The notes: generated from the letters alone by a model not told the origin. 64,000 nt of DNA from Candidatus Nomurabacteria bacterium RIFCSPHIGHO2_01_FULL_36_23 (GCA_001786745.1 MFTF01000018.1:23577-87576), one strand, 5' to 3'. Shown: positions 48,339-60,081, numbered from the stretch's first letter. Translations and numbers: made by a program.

Positions 48339-48851
48339 ATGTTAAAAAATTCTAAAGGTTTGGTCTTGGGGGATTCGAAAGGTTTTACATTAATTGAGCT
48401 CTTGGTCGTGGTTGCTATCATCGGTATTTTGGCGTCGGTTGTACTGGCTAGTTTAAACAGCGCCAGAAACAAAGCTGTTGATGTCGCTATAAAGTCCGCA
48501 ATGGCTAACTCTCGCGCGCAAGCAGAGCTATATTACTTTCCAGATGAAACATATAATAATCTCTGCACCGCTGTCGGTGGTGTTGGCCCTATGGTTTTAA
48601 ATGCTGCGCAGAAATTAAATATAGCCGCAGTTGTGGGTGATAATACTCAGCCATTTATTTATGATGATACAGGTACTCTTGCTGGTGCTTCCGTTTGTCA
48701 CGACAGTGATACTGCTTGGGCAGCTGTTACATCCTTAAAGAATCCTACGCTTCCCCCTGGCGGTCCTTTTGCCGGCGGATGGTGTGTTGATTCTACTGGG
48801 GCCTCTAAGGAAGCAACTGCTCTTCTTTCTGGCGAATATGTTTGTCCGTAA
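48339..48851 (+). CDS. Type IV pilin paralog 2
   Basis: Same G|FTLIELLVVVAIIGILASVVLASLNSAR N-terminus; WCVDSTG. Confidence 0.92.
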   Translation: MLKNSKGLVLGDSKGFTLIELLVVVAIIGILASVVLASLNSARNKAVDVAIKSAMANSRAQAELYYFPDETYNNLCTAVGGVGPMVLNAAQKLNIAAVVGDNTQPFIYDDTGTLAGASVCHDSDTAWAAVTSLKNPTLPPGGPFAGGWCVDSTGASKEATALLSGEYVCP

Positions 48852-48889
48852 TAAAAATTAATTTTTATTAATTTTAATATTGTAAAAAA

Positions 48890-49438
48890 ATGAATTTCAC
48901 GGAAAATTTTAAGAAAGGTTCCGCCTCGGCTTGCCGAAGGCGAGACGGGTTTACATTAATTGAACTCTTGGTCGTAGTTGCCATCATTGGCATTTTAGCT
49001 TCAGTGGTTTTGGCTTCGCTTAATTCAGCCCGAGGCAAGGGCGCTGATGCTACTATAAAATCAAACCTAGTCAATATGCGTCCGCAAGCGGAGATTCTTT
49101 ATGATTCATGGGGAAATTATGCTGTGGACGCCACGCCTACATACTTTGCTCTTGGTCAATGTACAAATGTTGGTACTGGAGCGGATACCCTTTTCTCTAA
49201 TCCTACCATCTGGAGTCAGATAACATCTGCTTATAATGCTGGTGCCGGAATTGCATCTACTAGGTGTTATTCATCATCTGGAGCTTATGCAGTTGCAGTA
49301 CAGCTTAAAACTAGTGATGGGAACACAGCTCCATTACCAGATTCTTGGTGTGTAGATAGCACAGGAGCAAGTAAGGCATATACCTGGGCTGCAGCTGAGA
49401 CAATCGCTACTTCCATCAACGCTACTTTTTGCCGATAG
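48890..49438 (+). CDS. Type IV pilin paralog 3
   Basis: Same N-terminus; WCVDSTG. Confidence 0.92.
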   Translation: MNFTENFKKGSASACRRRDGFTLIELLVVVAIIGILASVVLASLNSARGKGADATIKSNLVNMRPQAEILYDSWGNYAVDATPTYFALGQCTNVGTGADTLFSNPTIWSQITSAYNAGAGIASTRCYSSSGAYAVAVQLKTSDGNTAPLPDSWCVDSTGASKAYTWAAAETIATSINATFCR

Positions 49439-49519
49439 TTTAAGGAAGGCAAGCAAGGATACTCCTTGATATTTTTTATTAAATTAGTTTTTTAGTTTAT
49501 ATATTGTTATAATACGGAA

Positions 49520-50353
49520 ATGGAAAGTCTTGTAGTATTTATCTTTTTTATCTTTGGCCTGATTATTGGGAGTTTTTTAAATGTTGTAATTTACCGATAT
49601 AATACGCAAAAATCCTTCGGTGGGCGGAGCGCGTGTATGTCTTGCCAAAATAAACTTTACTGGTATGAACTTATGCCGCTTATTAGTTTTTTAGGGTTGA
49701 AGGGGAGATGCCGAAGTTGTAAAACTAAAATTTCAATTCAGTATCCGCTGGTGGAGTTGGCTACTGGATTAATTTTTGCCTTACTTTTTCTAAAACTTTC
49801 CGCCCAAGACGGATCTGCCTATGGCGGACAAAATATTTATAATTTTTTTAATTTAGCATTCATCGCTACTTATGCTTATTACTCCACAATGTTTTCACTG
49901 CTTATAATCATCGCAGCCTATGACCTTCGGCATAAAATAATTCCAGATGCTCTTTCTCTGGTTTTTGGTATTCTCGCATTTTTAGGCCTATTTTTTTTCA
50001 TTAGTTATAGTCTGCCTGCGCAGACAGGTTTTTATCTGCATCTTCCATCAATTTTTGAATTCTTGTCGGGCGGATTGATCGCTTTGCCCTTTGCTTTATT
50101 TTGGCTTATATCAAGGGGTACTTGGATGGGGCTGGGAGATGCTAAGCTGGCAGTGGGTTTGGGTTGGCTCCTCGGTTTATCTCGGGCGCTCTCTGGTCTA
50201 GTGGTCGCTTTTTGGTCCGGGGCTATAATAGGGCTTTTTCTTATTATTTTTTCAAAAAAGTATGGAATGAAAAGTGAAATTCCTTTTGCTCCGTTTTTAG
50301 TTTTGGGCGCGCTTTTAGCATTTCTTTTTGAATTACACCTTTTTGCTTTTTAA
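49520..50353 (+). CDS. pilD: Prepilin peptidase
   Basis: GSFLNVVIYR, CxxC..CxxC, YDLRHKIIPD, MGLGDAKL, IPFAPFL. Confidence 0.96.
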   Translation: MESLVVFIFFIFGLIIGSFLNVVIYRYNTQKSFGGRSACMSCQNKLYWYELMPLISFLGLKGRCRSCKTKISIQYPLVELATGLIFALLFLKLSAQDGSAYGGQNIYNFFNLAFIATYAYYSTMFSLLIIIAAYDLRHKIIPDALSLVFGILAFLGLFFFISYSLPAQTGFYLHLPSIFEFLSGGLIALPFALFWLISRGTWMGLGDAKLAVGLGWLLGLSRALSGLVVAFWSGAIIGLFLIIFSKKYGMKSEIPFAPFLVLGALLAFLFELHLFAF

Positions 50354-50979
50354 TGACAATATTTAATAAAAAAATAAAGAAAAATGCGGGAATGACTTAT
50401 GTGGAGCTTATTGTTGTTTTAAGTATTTTTGCTGTATTATCTTCTGTGATTATTTTTAATCATGGCAAATTTCAAGCAAAAGTGGACCTAAAAAATTTGG
50501 CCAGCGATATCGCTTTAAAAATTGTTGAAGCGCAAAAATCGGCTCTTTCCGGCAAATGGAATTCAAACGCTCTCACGAACTGGAAACCCTCCTATGGCGT
50601 TTTTTTGACTTCATCCCTGTTACAAGATTATTCTGATAATATTTATCTTAACAAAAAATTTATTTATTTTGCCGATTTAGATCAAAACAATTCTTTTGAC
50701 GATTCTCCAAGTTGCACAACAACGGAATGTTTGGAAAAAATTACCATAACGAAAGGTAATTATATAGACCGGATAGATCGTTATTCAGGCATTACTTCCA
50801 CTCAAATTCTAAACCCTCTATCTGTTACTTTTAAAAGACCAGATTCAAGCGCGGTTTTCAAAGACTCAAATGGTGTAACATTGACTGGTTTTGATTATAT
50901 GCAAATTACAATTAAATCACCCAAAGAAGTAGTGGCTTTTATAAAAATCTATCCTTCCGGCAGAGTGCAGGTGAATTAG
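50353..50979 (+). CDS. Minor pilin (FimT-like)
   Basis: AG|MTYVE motif. Confidence 0.85.
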   Translation: MTIFNKKIKKNAGMTYVELIVVLSIFAVLSSVIIFNHGKFQAKVDLKNLASDIALKIVEAQKSALSGKWNSNALTNWKPSYGVFLTSSLLQDYSDNIYLNKKFIYFADLDQNNSFDDSPSCTTTECLEKITITKGNYIDRIDRYSGITSTQILNPLSVTFKRPDSSAVFKDSNGVTLTGFDYMQITIKSPKEVVAFIKIYPSGRVQVN

Positions 50980-51019
50980 GTTTTAGATTATAGTTGCTAA
51001 GTTCTAGGAATACAAAAAA

Positions 51020-51649
51020 ATGCAAAATAACAACAACAAAAATGGATATACGATAATAGAAACAATGATTGCAGTTTCTCTTTTTTTAGTTATTGCCATA
51101 ACGGGCATGGGCACGCTTTTAAACGCCAATGTACTTCACAATAAATCACAAAATATGCGTTCCATTATGGATGATTTAAATTTTATTATGGAAGATATGT
51201 CCAGAAATATAAGAACGGGATATAGTTATCGTTGTTTTGCCTCTGGTCAATCAATTCCAACTGGCAGTAATGACCCTACTATGGACGATCCAAGAAGTTG
51301 CGCCAATGGCTGGGCAATAGCTTTTGAATATGCCTCTGGTAATTCTGATCCTACTGTTACCAATGATCAATGGGTTTATTATATAGACAATACTGGCAAG
51401 ATTTTTAAATCAACCCAAGGTCCTTACATTGCTTCTAATTTTGTTCAACTAACTCCTGATGAAGTTGTTATCAATACGACGGCTTCTGGTTTTTCAGTAT
51501 TAGGAGCAGGACCATCACCAGACCAACAACAATCTTTTGTTAGCATTAGATTGGTTGGAACGATAACTTATAAACCTGGTACTTCGAGCAGTGTTGTTAC
51601 CCCTTTTTCTTTACAAACTTCAGTGTCTCAAAGGTTGATAGATATTTAA
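51020..51649 (+). CDS. Minor pilin (PilW-like)
   Basis: NG|YTIIE motif; MEDMSRNIRTG. Confidence 0.85.
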   Translation: MQNNNNKNGYTIIETMIAVSLFLVIAITGMGTLLNANVLHNKSQNMRSIMDDLNFIMEDMSRNIRTGYSYRCFASGQSIPTGSNDPTMDDPRSCANGWAIAFEYASGNSDPTVTNDQWVYYIDNTGKIFKSTQGPYIASNFVQLTPDEVVINTTASGFSVLGAGPSPDQQQSFVSIRLVGTITYKPGTSSSVVTPFSLQTSVSQRLIDI

Positions 51650-51653
51650 AATT

Positions 51654-52268
51654 ATGAAAATTTTTTTAAAACAAAAGAATAAAGGTCGTCAGATTCTGAG
51701 CTTGTCAAAGGGCTTTACTTTAGTGGAAACACTTGTTGCCATTTCTATTTTTACTACATCCATTTTGGCTTTACTGGTGATTTTATCTGGAAGTATTTCT
51801 AATACCGGTTACGCTAAAAAGAAAATAATAGCTTCATATCTAGCGCAAGAAGGTATTGAGTATATTAGGAATATGCGAGATACTTTTGTACTTTATGGCG
51901 CCACTAGTCAAGCTGGCTGGAATGCATTTAATACCAAAGTTGCGGGACCTTCGGGTAATACTGTTTGCGCAAGCGCAGATGGTTGTTATTTCGGTGATCT
52001 TAATGCGGGGGACTTTACCAATCCTTCGCAACCCATGGCAGGAATTGCAGTTACTGCTTGTGTTGGAGCATGCCCGGAGCTTAAATATGATATTACAACA
52101 GGTAAATATAATTATACCACAGGGGCATCTTCTGGATATATTAGAAAGATTATAGTGAGTCCGATTAGCGTCTATGAAACAAAAATCTCCTCTACTGTTT
52201 ATTGGACGCAAGGTTCTGGTAATTACAATATGGTTTTTTCAGAGAATTTATTTAATTGGGTAGAATAA
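51654..52268 (+). CDS. Minor pilin (PilV-like)
   Basis: KG|FTLVE motif; ASYLAQEGIEYIRN. Confidence 0.85.
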   Translation: MKIFLKQKNKGRQILSLSKGFTLVETLVAISIFTTSILALLVILSGSISNTGYAKKKIIASYLAQEGIEYIRNMRDTFVLYGATSQAGWNAFNTKVAGPSGNTVCASADGCYFGDLNAGDFTNPSQPMAGIAVTACVGACPELKYDITTGKYNYTTGASSGYIRKIIVSPISVYETKISSTVYWTQGSGNYNMVFSENLFNWVE

Positions 52269-52269
52269 G

Positions 52270-52731
52270 ATGATAAAAGAAATCAAAAAACTTAATATTT
52301 TTAAAAAAGGGCCTGCCCCGCACGCCCCGACGATACGTCGGGGTCGTTCGGGGTTTGTGATACTCTTTGCGGTTACGCTTTCAAGTATTCTTTTAGCAAT
52401 AGCGTTAGGAGTTGCCAATATAGCGCTTAAAGAAGTGAAATTTGGCACTTCAGCCCGAGATACTAATAACGCTTTTTTTGCAGCTGACACCGGTATAGAA
52501 CTTACGCTTTTTAATGATAAATCTCCTGGCAGTATTTATACACCAGCCCCGGGATTTTGGAGTTTTGTTTTATCTGGCTTGAACTCTAGTGGGCAAGGCT
52601 GTGCCAAGGTGACTGTGGATAAAACTGTTCCACCAGCGACCAAAATTATTTCAAAAGGATACAACGATGGAGGCGCTTCTTGTACTCAGGGATCAAATAG
52701 CGTAGAACGACAGCTAGAAGTAAATTACTGA
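52270..52731 (+). CDS. Minor pilin (PilX-like)
   Basis: G|FVILF lacking E5; AFFAADTGIE. Confidence 0.8.
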   Translation: MIKEIKKLNIFKKGPAPHAPTIRRGRSGFVILFAVTLSSILLAIALGVANIALKEVKFGTSARDTNNAFFAADTGIELTLFNDKSPGSIYTPAPGFWSFVLSGLNSSGQGCAKVTVDKTVPPATKIISKGYNDGGASCTQGSNSVERQLEVNY

Positions 52732-52735
52732 TTGA

Positions 52736-54880
<2,145 letters not shown>

Positions 54881-54890
54881 ATTTCCTAAC

Positions 54891-54978
54891 TGGCGGAGGG
54901 TAGGAGATTCGGACTCCTGATGGATTTCTCCATACACGCTTTCCAAGCGTGCGCACTAGACCTCTATGCGAACCCTCC
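54891..54978 (-). tRNA. tRNA-Ser(GGA)
   Basis: GGAGGGT/ACCCTCC acceptor stem, cacgc-ttGGAaa-gcgtg, long variable arm, CCA; T-loop TCCGAAT. Confidence 0.93.
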
Positions 54979-55039
54979 TTATTCTTAATTTACATTATTT
55001 TCAGCAAAAAGAAAGTTCTCCATGTTATAATTAGTACAA

Positions 55040-58000
55040 ATGAAGCAAAAACTTGAAGGAGAATTTAATGTTGAATATAAAAAGCTGAATAAAGAACAGA
55101 AAGAAGCTGTGGATACCATAGAGGGTCCAGTCATGGTGGTTGCCGGACCTGGCACAGGCAAAACGCAAATATTGGCGTTGCGCATCGGCAACATTCTGCT
55201 CAAAACAGACACTCCGGCAGACGGTATTTTATGTCTTACTTTTACCAATGCAGGAGTTTTCGCGATGAAAGAACGTTTAAGTAAATATATTGGCGCCACA
55301 AGTTCCAAGATAAATATTTTCACTTTTCACAGTTTTGGAATGAAAATCATTGAAGAGTATTATGGCATACTTGAACTGGAAACTGCGCCGAAGCTTCTGG
55401 ATGATACAGATATAATCATACTCTATGATGAACTTCTTTTTGATCACGAGTGGGAATATTTGCGTTCACGCGCCGACTCCACTAGGCATTTTGGAGACTT
55501 AAAATCTTTAATTTCAATTTTTAAAAAAGATCGTATCAGCCCCCAAAATTTTTTGAAAGAAATAGAGAACGATATTTATAATCTAAAAAACGATCCTAAA
55601 AGTATCTCTATCCGCGGGGAAAGCAAGGGAGAAATAAAAAAAGATATTTTACGGAAAATTGAAGGACTGAACCGCACGCTTGAGGTGGCAAAATTTTTTG
55701 AACTCTATGAAAAAACAAAAAAAGAAAAAAATGTTTTTGATTATGATGATGTTTTAGAAAATCTGGTAAGGATTGCGGAGATTTCTCCGAGTTTCTGCGC
55801 CGACATTAGAGAAAAATACATTTATGTTTTGATTGATGAGCATCAAGATTCGAGCGGGGTACAGAATGAATTTTTAGAGAAAATTTGGGGAGAAGTTGAA
55901 AAGCCGAATATTTTTGTGGTTGGAGACGATCGCCAGCTAATATACGGCTTTGGCGGGGCTTCTATCGCTTATTTTGAGGGTTTTAAGCATTCTTTTGGCA
56001 AAGCAAAGCTTATTACGCTAGTAGATAATTATCGCTCTACGCAAGTCATTTTAGACGCATCTGATTCTCTCTTAAAAAGCTCTCTGTCAACGGAAAAACT
56101 TTTAAGTCACCGAAAAGAAACTCATCCTGTTCGCCTAGTGGAAGCCGACTATCCCAGAGATGAAATTATTGCTTGCGCATTGGATATACAAAAAAAAATA
56201 TCCGCCCAAAGCAGGAAAAATAAAATAAATGTAAATGATTGCGCTATTCTTGTACCCAAAAATAAACAAGCGCGTAGCGCCGCCTTAATTCTTCGCGATA
56301 TGTCTTTGCCGGTTTCCAGCTTGAATGCTTTTCTTTTTTTTGATTCTGATGAAGCGCAATCTTATTTGCGGGTTTTAAAAATAATCGGCAATCCTTATGA
56401 CAGCGGAAACCTAGCTTTATCTTTTTTTGATAAACTGTCCGGTCTTGATTTGATTTCGGCGCATAAATTTATTACCGAGAATGATATGAAAAAATTTTCC
56501 TTAATTAATCTAGCGGAACAAAAAACTTCTTTGTTTAAAGATACCAACCCCGCGAATAGCTGGACAAACAAACTCCTTTTTTGGTTAAAAGAGTCGCAAA
56601 AATTGAATGTCTATTCTCTGACCCAATTAATCGGCGATGAGTTGCTCTTAAAAAACGCTTCTGACCACGAAACCTTGATTTCTCGAGTAGAAATAGTCCG
56701 CACCGTTTTAAATTTAATTCTTTCACAAATAGAAAAAAATCCCAAACTCACTCTTTCTGAATTTTTATCTTTTATTGATCGGCTGGAAGCCTATGGGGAA
56801 AATATACCGCTTGCCATATTTTCTGCTGACGAGGGAGTAAAAGTTTTAACTTTGCATGGATCAAAGGGGCTTGAGTTTGACTATGTATGGATCGCGCATA
56901 TGGATGAAAGATCTTTAATGTCTGGAAAAAGGCCGGGTTTTGTTTTGCCGGAGATGATTGAAAAAAATATGGAAAAAAAAGATGAAGAAGTGGTAAAACG
57001 GCAGCTCTATGTGGCGATAACTCGAGCCAGACGTTTTTGCGCTATTTCTTTTGCCAAGCATTCTTATACCGGGGGAGATCAAGAACTTGCTCATGTTGTG
57101 GCGGATTTACCGGAAGGAATTTTAGAGAAACAAGACAGCGCTAAAACAGAAAAATCTATTTTAAAACATAACCCAAAAGCTTATGTCAGCAAAAAATCCC
57201 AAGCGAAAGAACATTTTGATATTAAGACTCTCAAAAAAATAGTGGCGAAGAAATATGAAAAAAGAAAAGTTTCCGTCTCGCTTCTAAATAATTTTTTTGA
57301 ATGTCCGTGGAAGTGGTATTTTAGAAATTTATTGCAATTACCGGAACCAAAAAGAGAGAGTTTAGAGTTCGGGAACGCCGTACATGCTTCTATTGATAAA
57401 ATTTTAAAAATGAATAGCCGACCCTCTCTAAAAGAAATTGAAAATATAGTGAAAATTGAAGTTTCTAAAAGAAAATATGGAAATGAAAAGATACAAAAGC
57501 AAATGCAAAAAGATGTTCTAAAAATAATTTCTAAATGGGTAACAAATCGTTTGCCCCAAATAAAATCAAACAGGGAAAATGAAAAAAGTGTTTCATGTAA
57601 GTATGAAAAGTTACCACATCTAAATATTTATGGGAAAATAGATTTAGTAGAAAAACTTGATGCAAAAACTTTAAGAGTTACCGATTTTAAAACCGGAGGC
57701 ATAAGAAAAAAGAATGATATGGAGAAAATGGATGAAGAAGGAAGAATGAGCGCATATTTACGCCAACTTGCGATGTATTCTTATTTATTGGAACATAGTT
57801 CAAGGGGTAAATTAAATGTGCGAAAGAGCCGACTAGAATTTTTGGAATCTAAAAACAAAGAAGAAACTTTTTACGATAGAATAATTACAAAAAAGGAAAT
57901 TGAGCTTTTAATGAAAGATATCGTAGATTATGATACTTTTGTAAAAAGTGGAAAATGGTTAGAGCGTGATTGTTATTACAATTCATATGGTAAAGACAGC

Positions 58001-58063
58001 GAGTGCGAATATTGCAAATTAGCGAAAATTTACACTGGGCCATTATCTAGCCAACCAAGATAA
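55040..58063 (+). CDS. UvrD/PcrA-like helicase fused to C-terminal PD-(D/E)XK nuclease
   Basis: AGPGTGKT, LIDEHQD, VGDDRQ, NYRS, KGLEFD, YVAITRA; GKIDLVE..VTDFKTG..QLAMY. Confidence 0.93.
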   Translation: MKQKLEGEFNVEYKKLNKEQKEAVDTIEGPVMVVAGPGTGKTQILALRIGNILLKTDTPADGILCLTFTNAGVFAMKERLSKYIGATSSKINIFTFHSFGMKIIEEYYGILELETAPKLLDDTDIIILYDELLFDHEWEYLRSRADSTRHFGDLKSLISIFKKDRISPQNFLKEIENDIYNLKNDPKSISIRGESKGEIKKDILRKIEGLNRTLEVAKFFELYEKTKKEKNVFDYDDVLENLVRIAEISPSFCADIREKYIYVLIDEHQDSSGVQNEFLEKIWGEVEKPNIFVVGDDRQLIYGFGGASIAYFEGFKHSFGKAKLITLVDNYRSTQVILDASDSLLKSSLSTEKLLSHRKETHPVRLVEADYPRDEIIACALDIQKKISAQSRKNKINVNDCAILVPKNKQARSAALILRDMSLPVSSLNAFLFFDSDEAQSYLRVLKIIGNPYDSGNLALSFFDKLSGLDLISAHKFITENDMKKFSLINLAEQKTSLFKDTNPANSWTNKLLFWLKESQKLNVYSLTQLIGDELLLKNASDHETLISRVEIVRTVLNLILSQIEKNPKLTLSEFLSFIDRLEAYGENIPLAIFSADEGVKVLTLHGSKGLEFDYVWIAHMDERSLMSGKRPGFVLPEMIEKNMEKKDEEVVKRQLYVAITRARRFCAISFAKHSYTGGDQELAHVVADLPEGILEKQDSAKTEKSILKHNPKAYVSKKSQAKEHFDIKTLKKIVAKKYEKRKVSVSLLNNFFECPWKWYFRNLLQLPEPKRESLEFGNAVHASIDKILKMNSRPSLKEIENIVKIEVSKRKYGNEKIQKQMQKDVLKIISKWVTNRLPQIKSNRENEKSVSCKYEKLPHLNIYGKIDLVEKLDAKTLRVTDFKTGGIRKKNDMEKMDEEGRMSAYLRQLAMYSYLLEHSSRGKLNVRKSRLEFLESKNKEETFYDRIITKKEIELLMKDIVDYDTFVKSGKWLERDCYYNSYGKDSECEYCKLAKIYTGPLSSQPR

Positions 58064-58122
58064 AAACCCAAAATCATAAAGAGGATTATTAAAATAATTA
58101 AAATCCAATAGGTTTTTTGCAC
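58030..58122 (-). CDS. Putative 30-aa single-TM small protein (not in ORF track)
   Basis: GTG start 6 nt after TGATACAAT; MQKTYWILIILIILFMILGFYLGWLDNGPV*. Confidence 0.5.
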   Translation of the reverse strand: MQKTYWILIILIILFMILGFYLGWLDNGPV

Positions 58123-58162
58123 CTTTTTATTGTATCAAATTTTTGATATAGTTTAACTATTA

Positions 58163-58879
58163 ATGAATTCAGAAATTAAAAAAGGCACGGAACATCCGCT
58201 TTCAATGGTTATAAATGAAGCAGTAAAGATTTTTATTGACTTGGGTTTTGAAGTTGCTACAGGACCAGAACTTGAAGATGTTTGGCATAATTTTGATGCG
58301 CTAAATATTCCCAAAGATCATCCAGCGCGAGACATGCAAGACACCTTTTTTATTAAGGATAAGAAAGAATCTGTGCTTCGTACACATACTACGACTGTGA
58401 CAGTTCGTTCCATAGAACAAGCAGGAAAAGAAGAGAGACTACCTTGTGCTTTTATTTCTATCGGCAAAGTTTTTAGAAATGAAGCCACAGACATAACGCA
58501 CGAAATGCAATTTTATCAAATAGATGGAATAATGGTGGGTAATATAGATGACGATATTTCGCTTGCTGATTTAAAAGGCGTGCTCATGCGATTTTATAAA
58601 AAGATGCTTGGAGAAAATACTGATATTGAGTTTCGTCCAAGTTTTTTTTCTTTTACTGAGCCCTCCATCGAAGTGTATGTAAAATTTAATGGCAAATGGT
58701 TGGAAATGATGGGCGCAGGAATGATTCATCCGAATGTTTTACGCAATTGCGGGCTAGATCCGGCGAAAGTTCAAGGTTTCGCTTTCGGTGGAGGACTTGA
58801 TCGCATCGCTATGATTAAATGGGGCATTCCTGACGTCCGTCTTTTTTATCAAGGGGATTTAAGGCTCAATCAGTTCTAG
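58163..58879 (+). CDS. pheS: Phenylalanine--tRNA ligase alpha subunit (short)
   Basis: NFDALNIPKDHPARDMQDTF, LRTHT, FSFTEPS, GFAFG. Confidence 0.97.
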   Translation: MNSEIKKGTEHPLSMVINEAVKIFIDLGFEVATGPELEDVWHNFDALNIPKDHPARDMQDTFFIKDKKESVLRTHTTTVTVRSIEQAGKEERLPCAFISIGKVFRNEATDITHEMQFYQIDGIMVGNIDDDISLADLKGVLMRFYKKMLGENTDIEFRPSFFSFTEPSIEVYVKFNGKWLEMMGAGMIHPNVLRNCGLDPAKVQGFAFGGGLDRIAMIKWGIPDVRLFYQGDLRLNQF

Positions 58880-58895
58880 TTTTAAATTTTTATTT

Positions 58896-59288
58896 ATGGA
58901 GTATAAAAAACATTTTGATTCTTGGAATAAAAAGAAAAAAGTTCTTGACCAGAAAGAAGTTTCTGAGCAAATGTTTTTTAACGAACGAGAAATTTGGTGG
59001 GGTTCAATTGGTGTAAATATTGGTTATGAGCAAGATGGAAAAAATGATAATTTTGAAAGGCCACTTTTAATTGTTAAAAAATTTAATAGATCTATAGTAT
59101 GGATTGTACCACTTACGACAATTGCAAAAGACAATAAATTTCATCACAAGTTGAAAAAGAGTGGTTCTTTTGTCATACTTTCACAGATACGACTTGTTAG
59201 TACAAAAAGATTCTTGCGTTTAGTTGAGACGATCAACGAGAATGAATTCAGGGATATTATCAGTAAAATAAAGAATTTTCTGCCATAA
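58896..59288 (+). CDS. PemK/MazF-like endoribonuclease toxin, no adjacent protein antitoxin
   Basis: EIWW..GVNIGYEQDGK..RPLLIV..VPLTT..SQIRLVSTKR. Confidence 0.85.
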   Translation: MEYKKHFDSWNKKKKVLDQKEVSEQMFFNEREIWWGSIGVNIGYEQDGKNDNFERPLLIVKKFNRSIVWIVPLTTIAKDNKFHHKLKKSGSFVILSQIRLVSTKRFLRLVETINENEFRDIISKIKNFLP

Positions 59289-59342
59289 AAGCGAAACCCC
59301 GCCTTTCAGCGGGGAATCTCGGAGGGCTAACGCCCATTTACC
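59286..59342 (-). ncRNA. Putative small structured RNA convergent with pemK-like gene
   Basis: Downstream of TTGACT-17-TATACT; two hairpins ending in UUUUA. Confidence 0.55.
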
Positions 59343-59347
59343 TCATG

Positions 59348-59376
59348 AGTATATACCCAATGGAAACAAAAGTCAA
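59348..59376 (-). promoter_or_regulatory. Sigma70-type promoter
   Basis: TTGACT (59376-59371), 17 nt spacer, TATACT (59353-59348). Confidence 0.7.
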
Positions 59377-59454
59377 GCAAGTAAATATGGAGTCATTTAA
59401 CATCAATTTTGGCCTTTTTATCGGCGAGACTTAAGACTTAATCAATTTTAGTAT

Positions 59455-60078
59455 ATGGTAAATCCCATAGAACAGGGCAATATAAAAGATTTCAAAGAAA
59501 AGAAAGATAGCATTCAGCGCTCTTTGTTTATTGCTGTCACTGTATATGCGACCTTTTTGTTAACTTACTATTTATTGCTTAATTTTTTCTGTTTTAATTT
59601 TCTATTAGAAATAAAAAAAGCTTTTTGGATAATATTTATCTCAAACTCTATTATTGTTTTAATTAATCATATATTTCATTTTTGCATCAGCATCAAACTT
59701 TCTTATAAAACTTATCTCAAGGATCATGTTTTTGAATCGTTTTCTGACTGCTATGCTAGGTGTATAGCCGGATTTCTTGAGATGGTTTTTTACACAATAT
59801 CTTTTGCTACAGGACACTATGAGTTAGTTGTTGGATATTTGGTGTTAAAAACTATTTCTGCATGGGGTAAGGGTGAGGCAGTCACTGTTCCTTTTGATAA
59901 AAAAACTAATGACGAACAAGAGACAATAAAAAATGAAGAAAAAATTATGAGTAATAGGAAAAAAGGAGGGCTTTCTACTACTATCCTTAGGATCGCAACT
60001 GTGATTGCTCTAATGTCTTCTTTAATTGCTGCTCAATTTATACCTTTGTCTATTATTAATTTTTTAAAACCAATTTAA
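59455..60078 (+). CDS. Hypothetical membrane protein
   Basis: 207 aa, about 4 hydrophobic segments; no family recognised. Confidence 0.6.
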   Translation: MVNPIEQGNIKDFKEKKDSIQRSLFIAVTVYATFLLTYYLLLNFFCFNFLLEIKKAFWIIFISNSIIVLINHIFHFCISIKLSYKTYLKDHVFESFSDCYARCIAGFLEMVFYTISFATGHYELVVGYLVLKTISAWGKGEAVTVPFDKKTNDEQETIKNEEKIMSNRKKGGLSTTILRIATVIALMSSLIAAQFIPLSIINFLKPI

Positions 60079-60081
60079 TTT

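Noticed and set aside
59387-59434. 15-codon ORF MESFNINFGLFIGET as protein antitoxin
   Set aside because: Too short, downstream of the toxin, and without antitoxin-like features.
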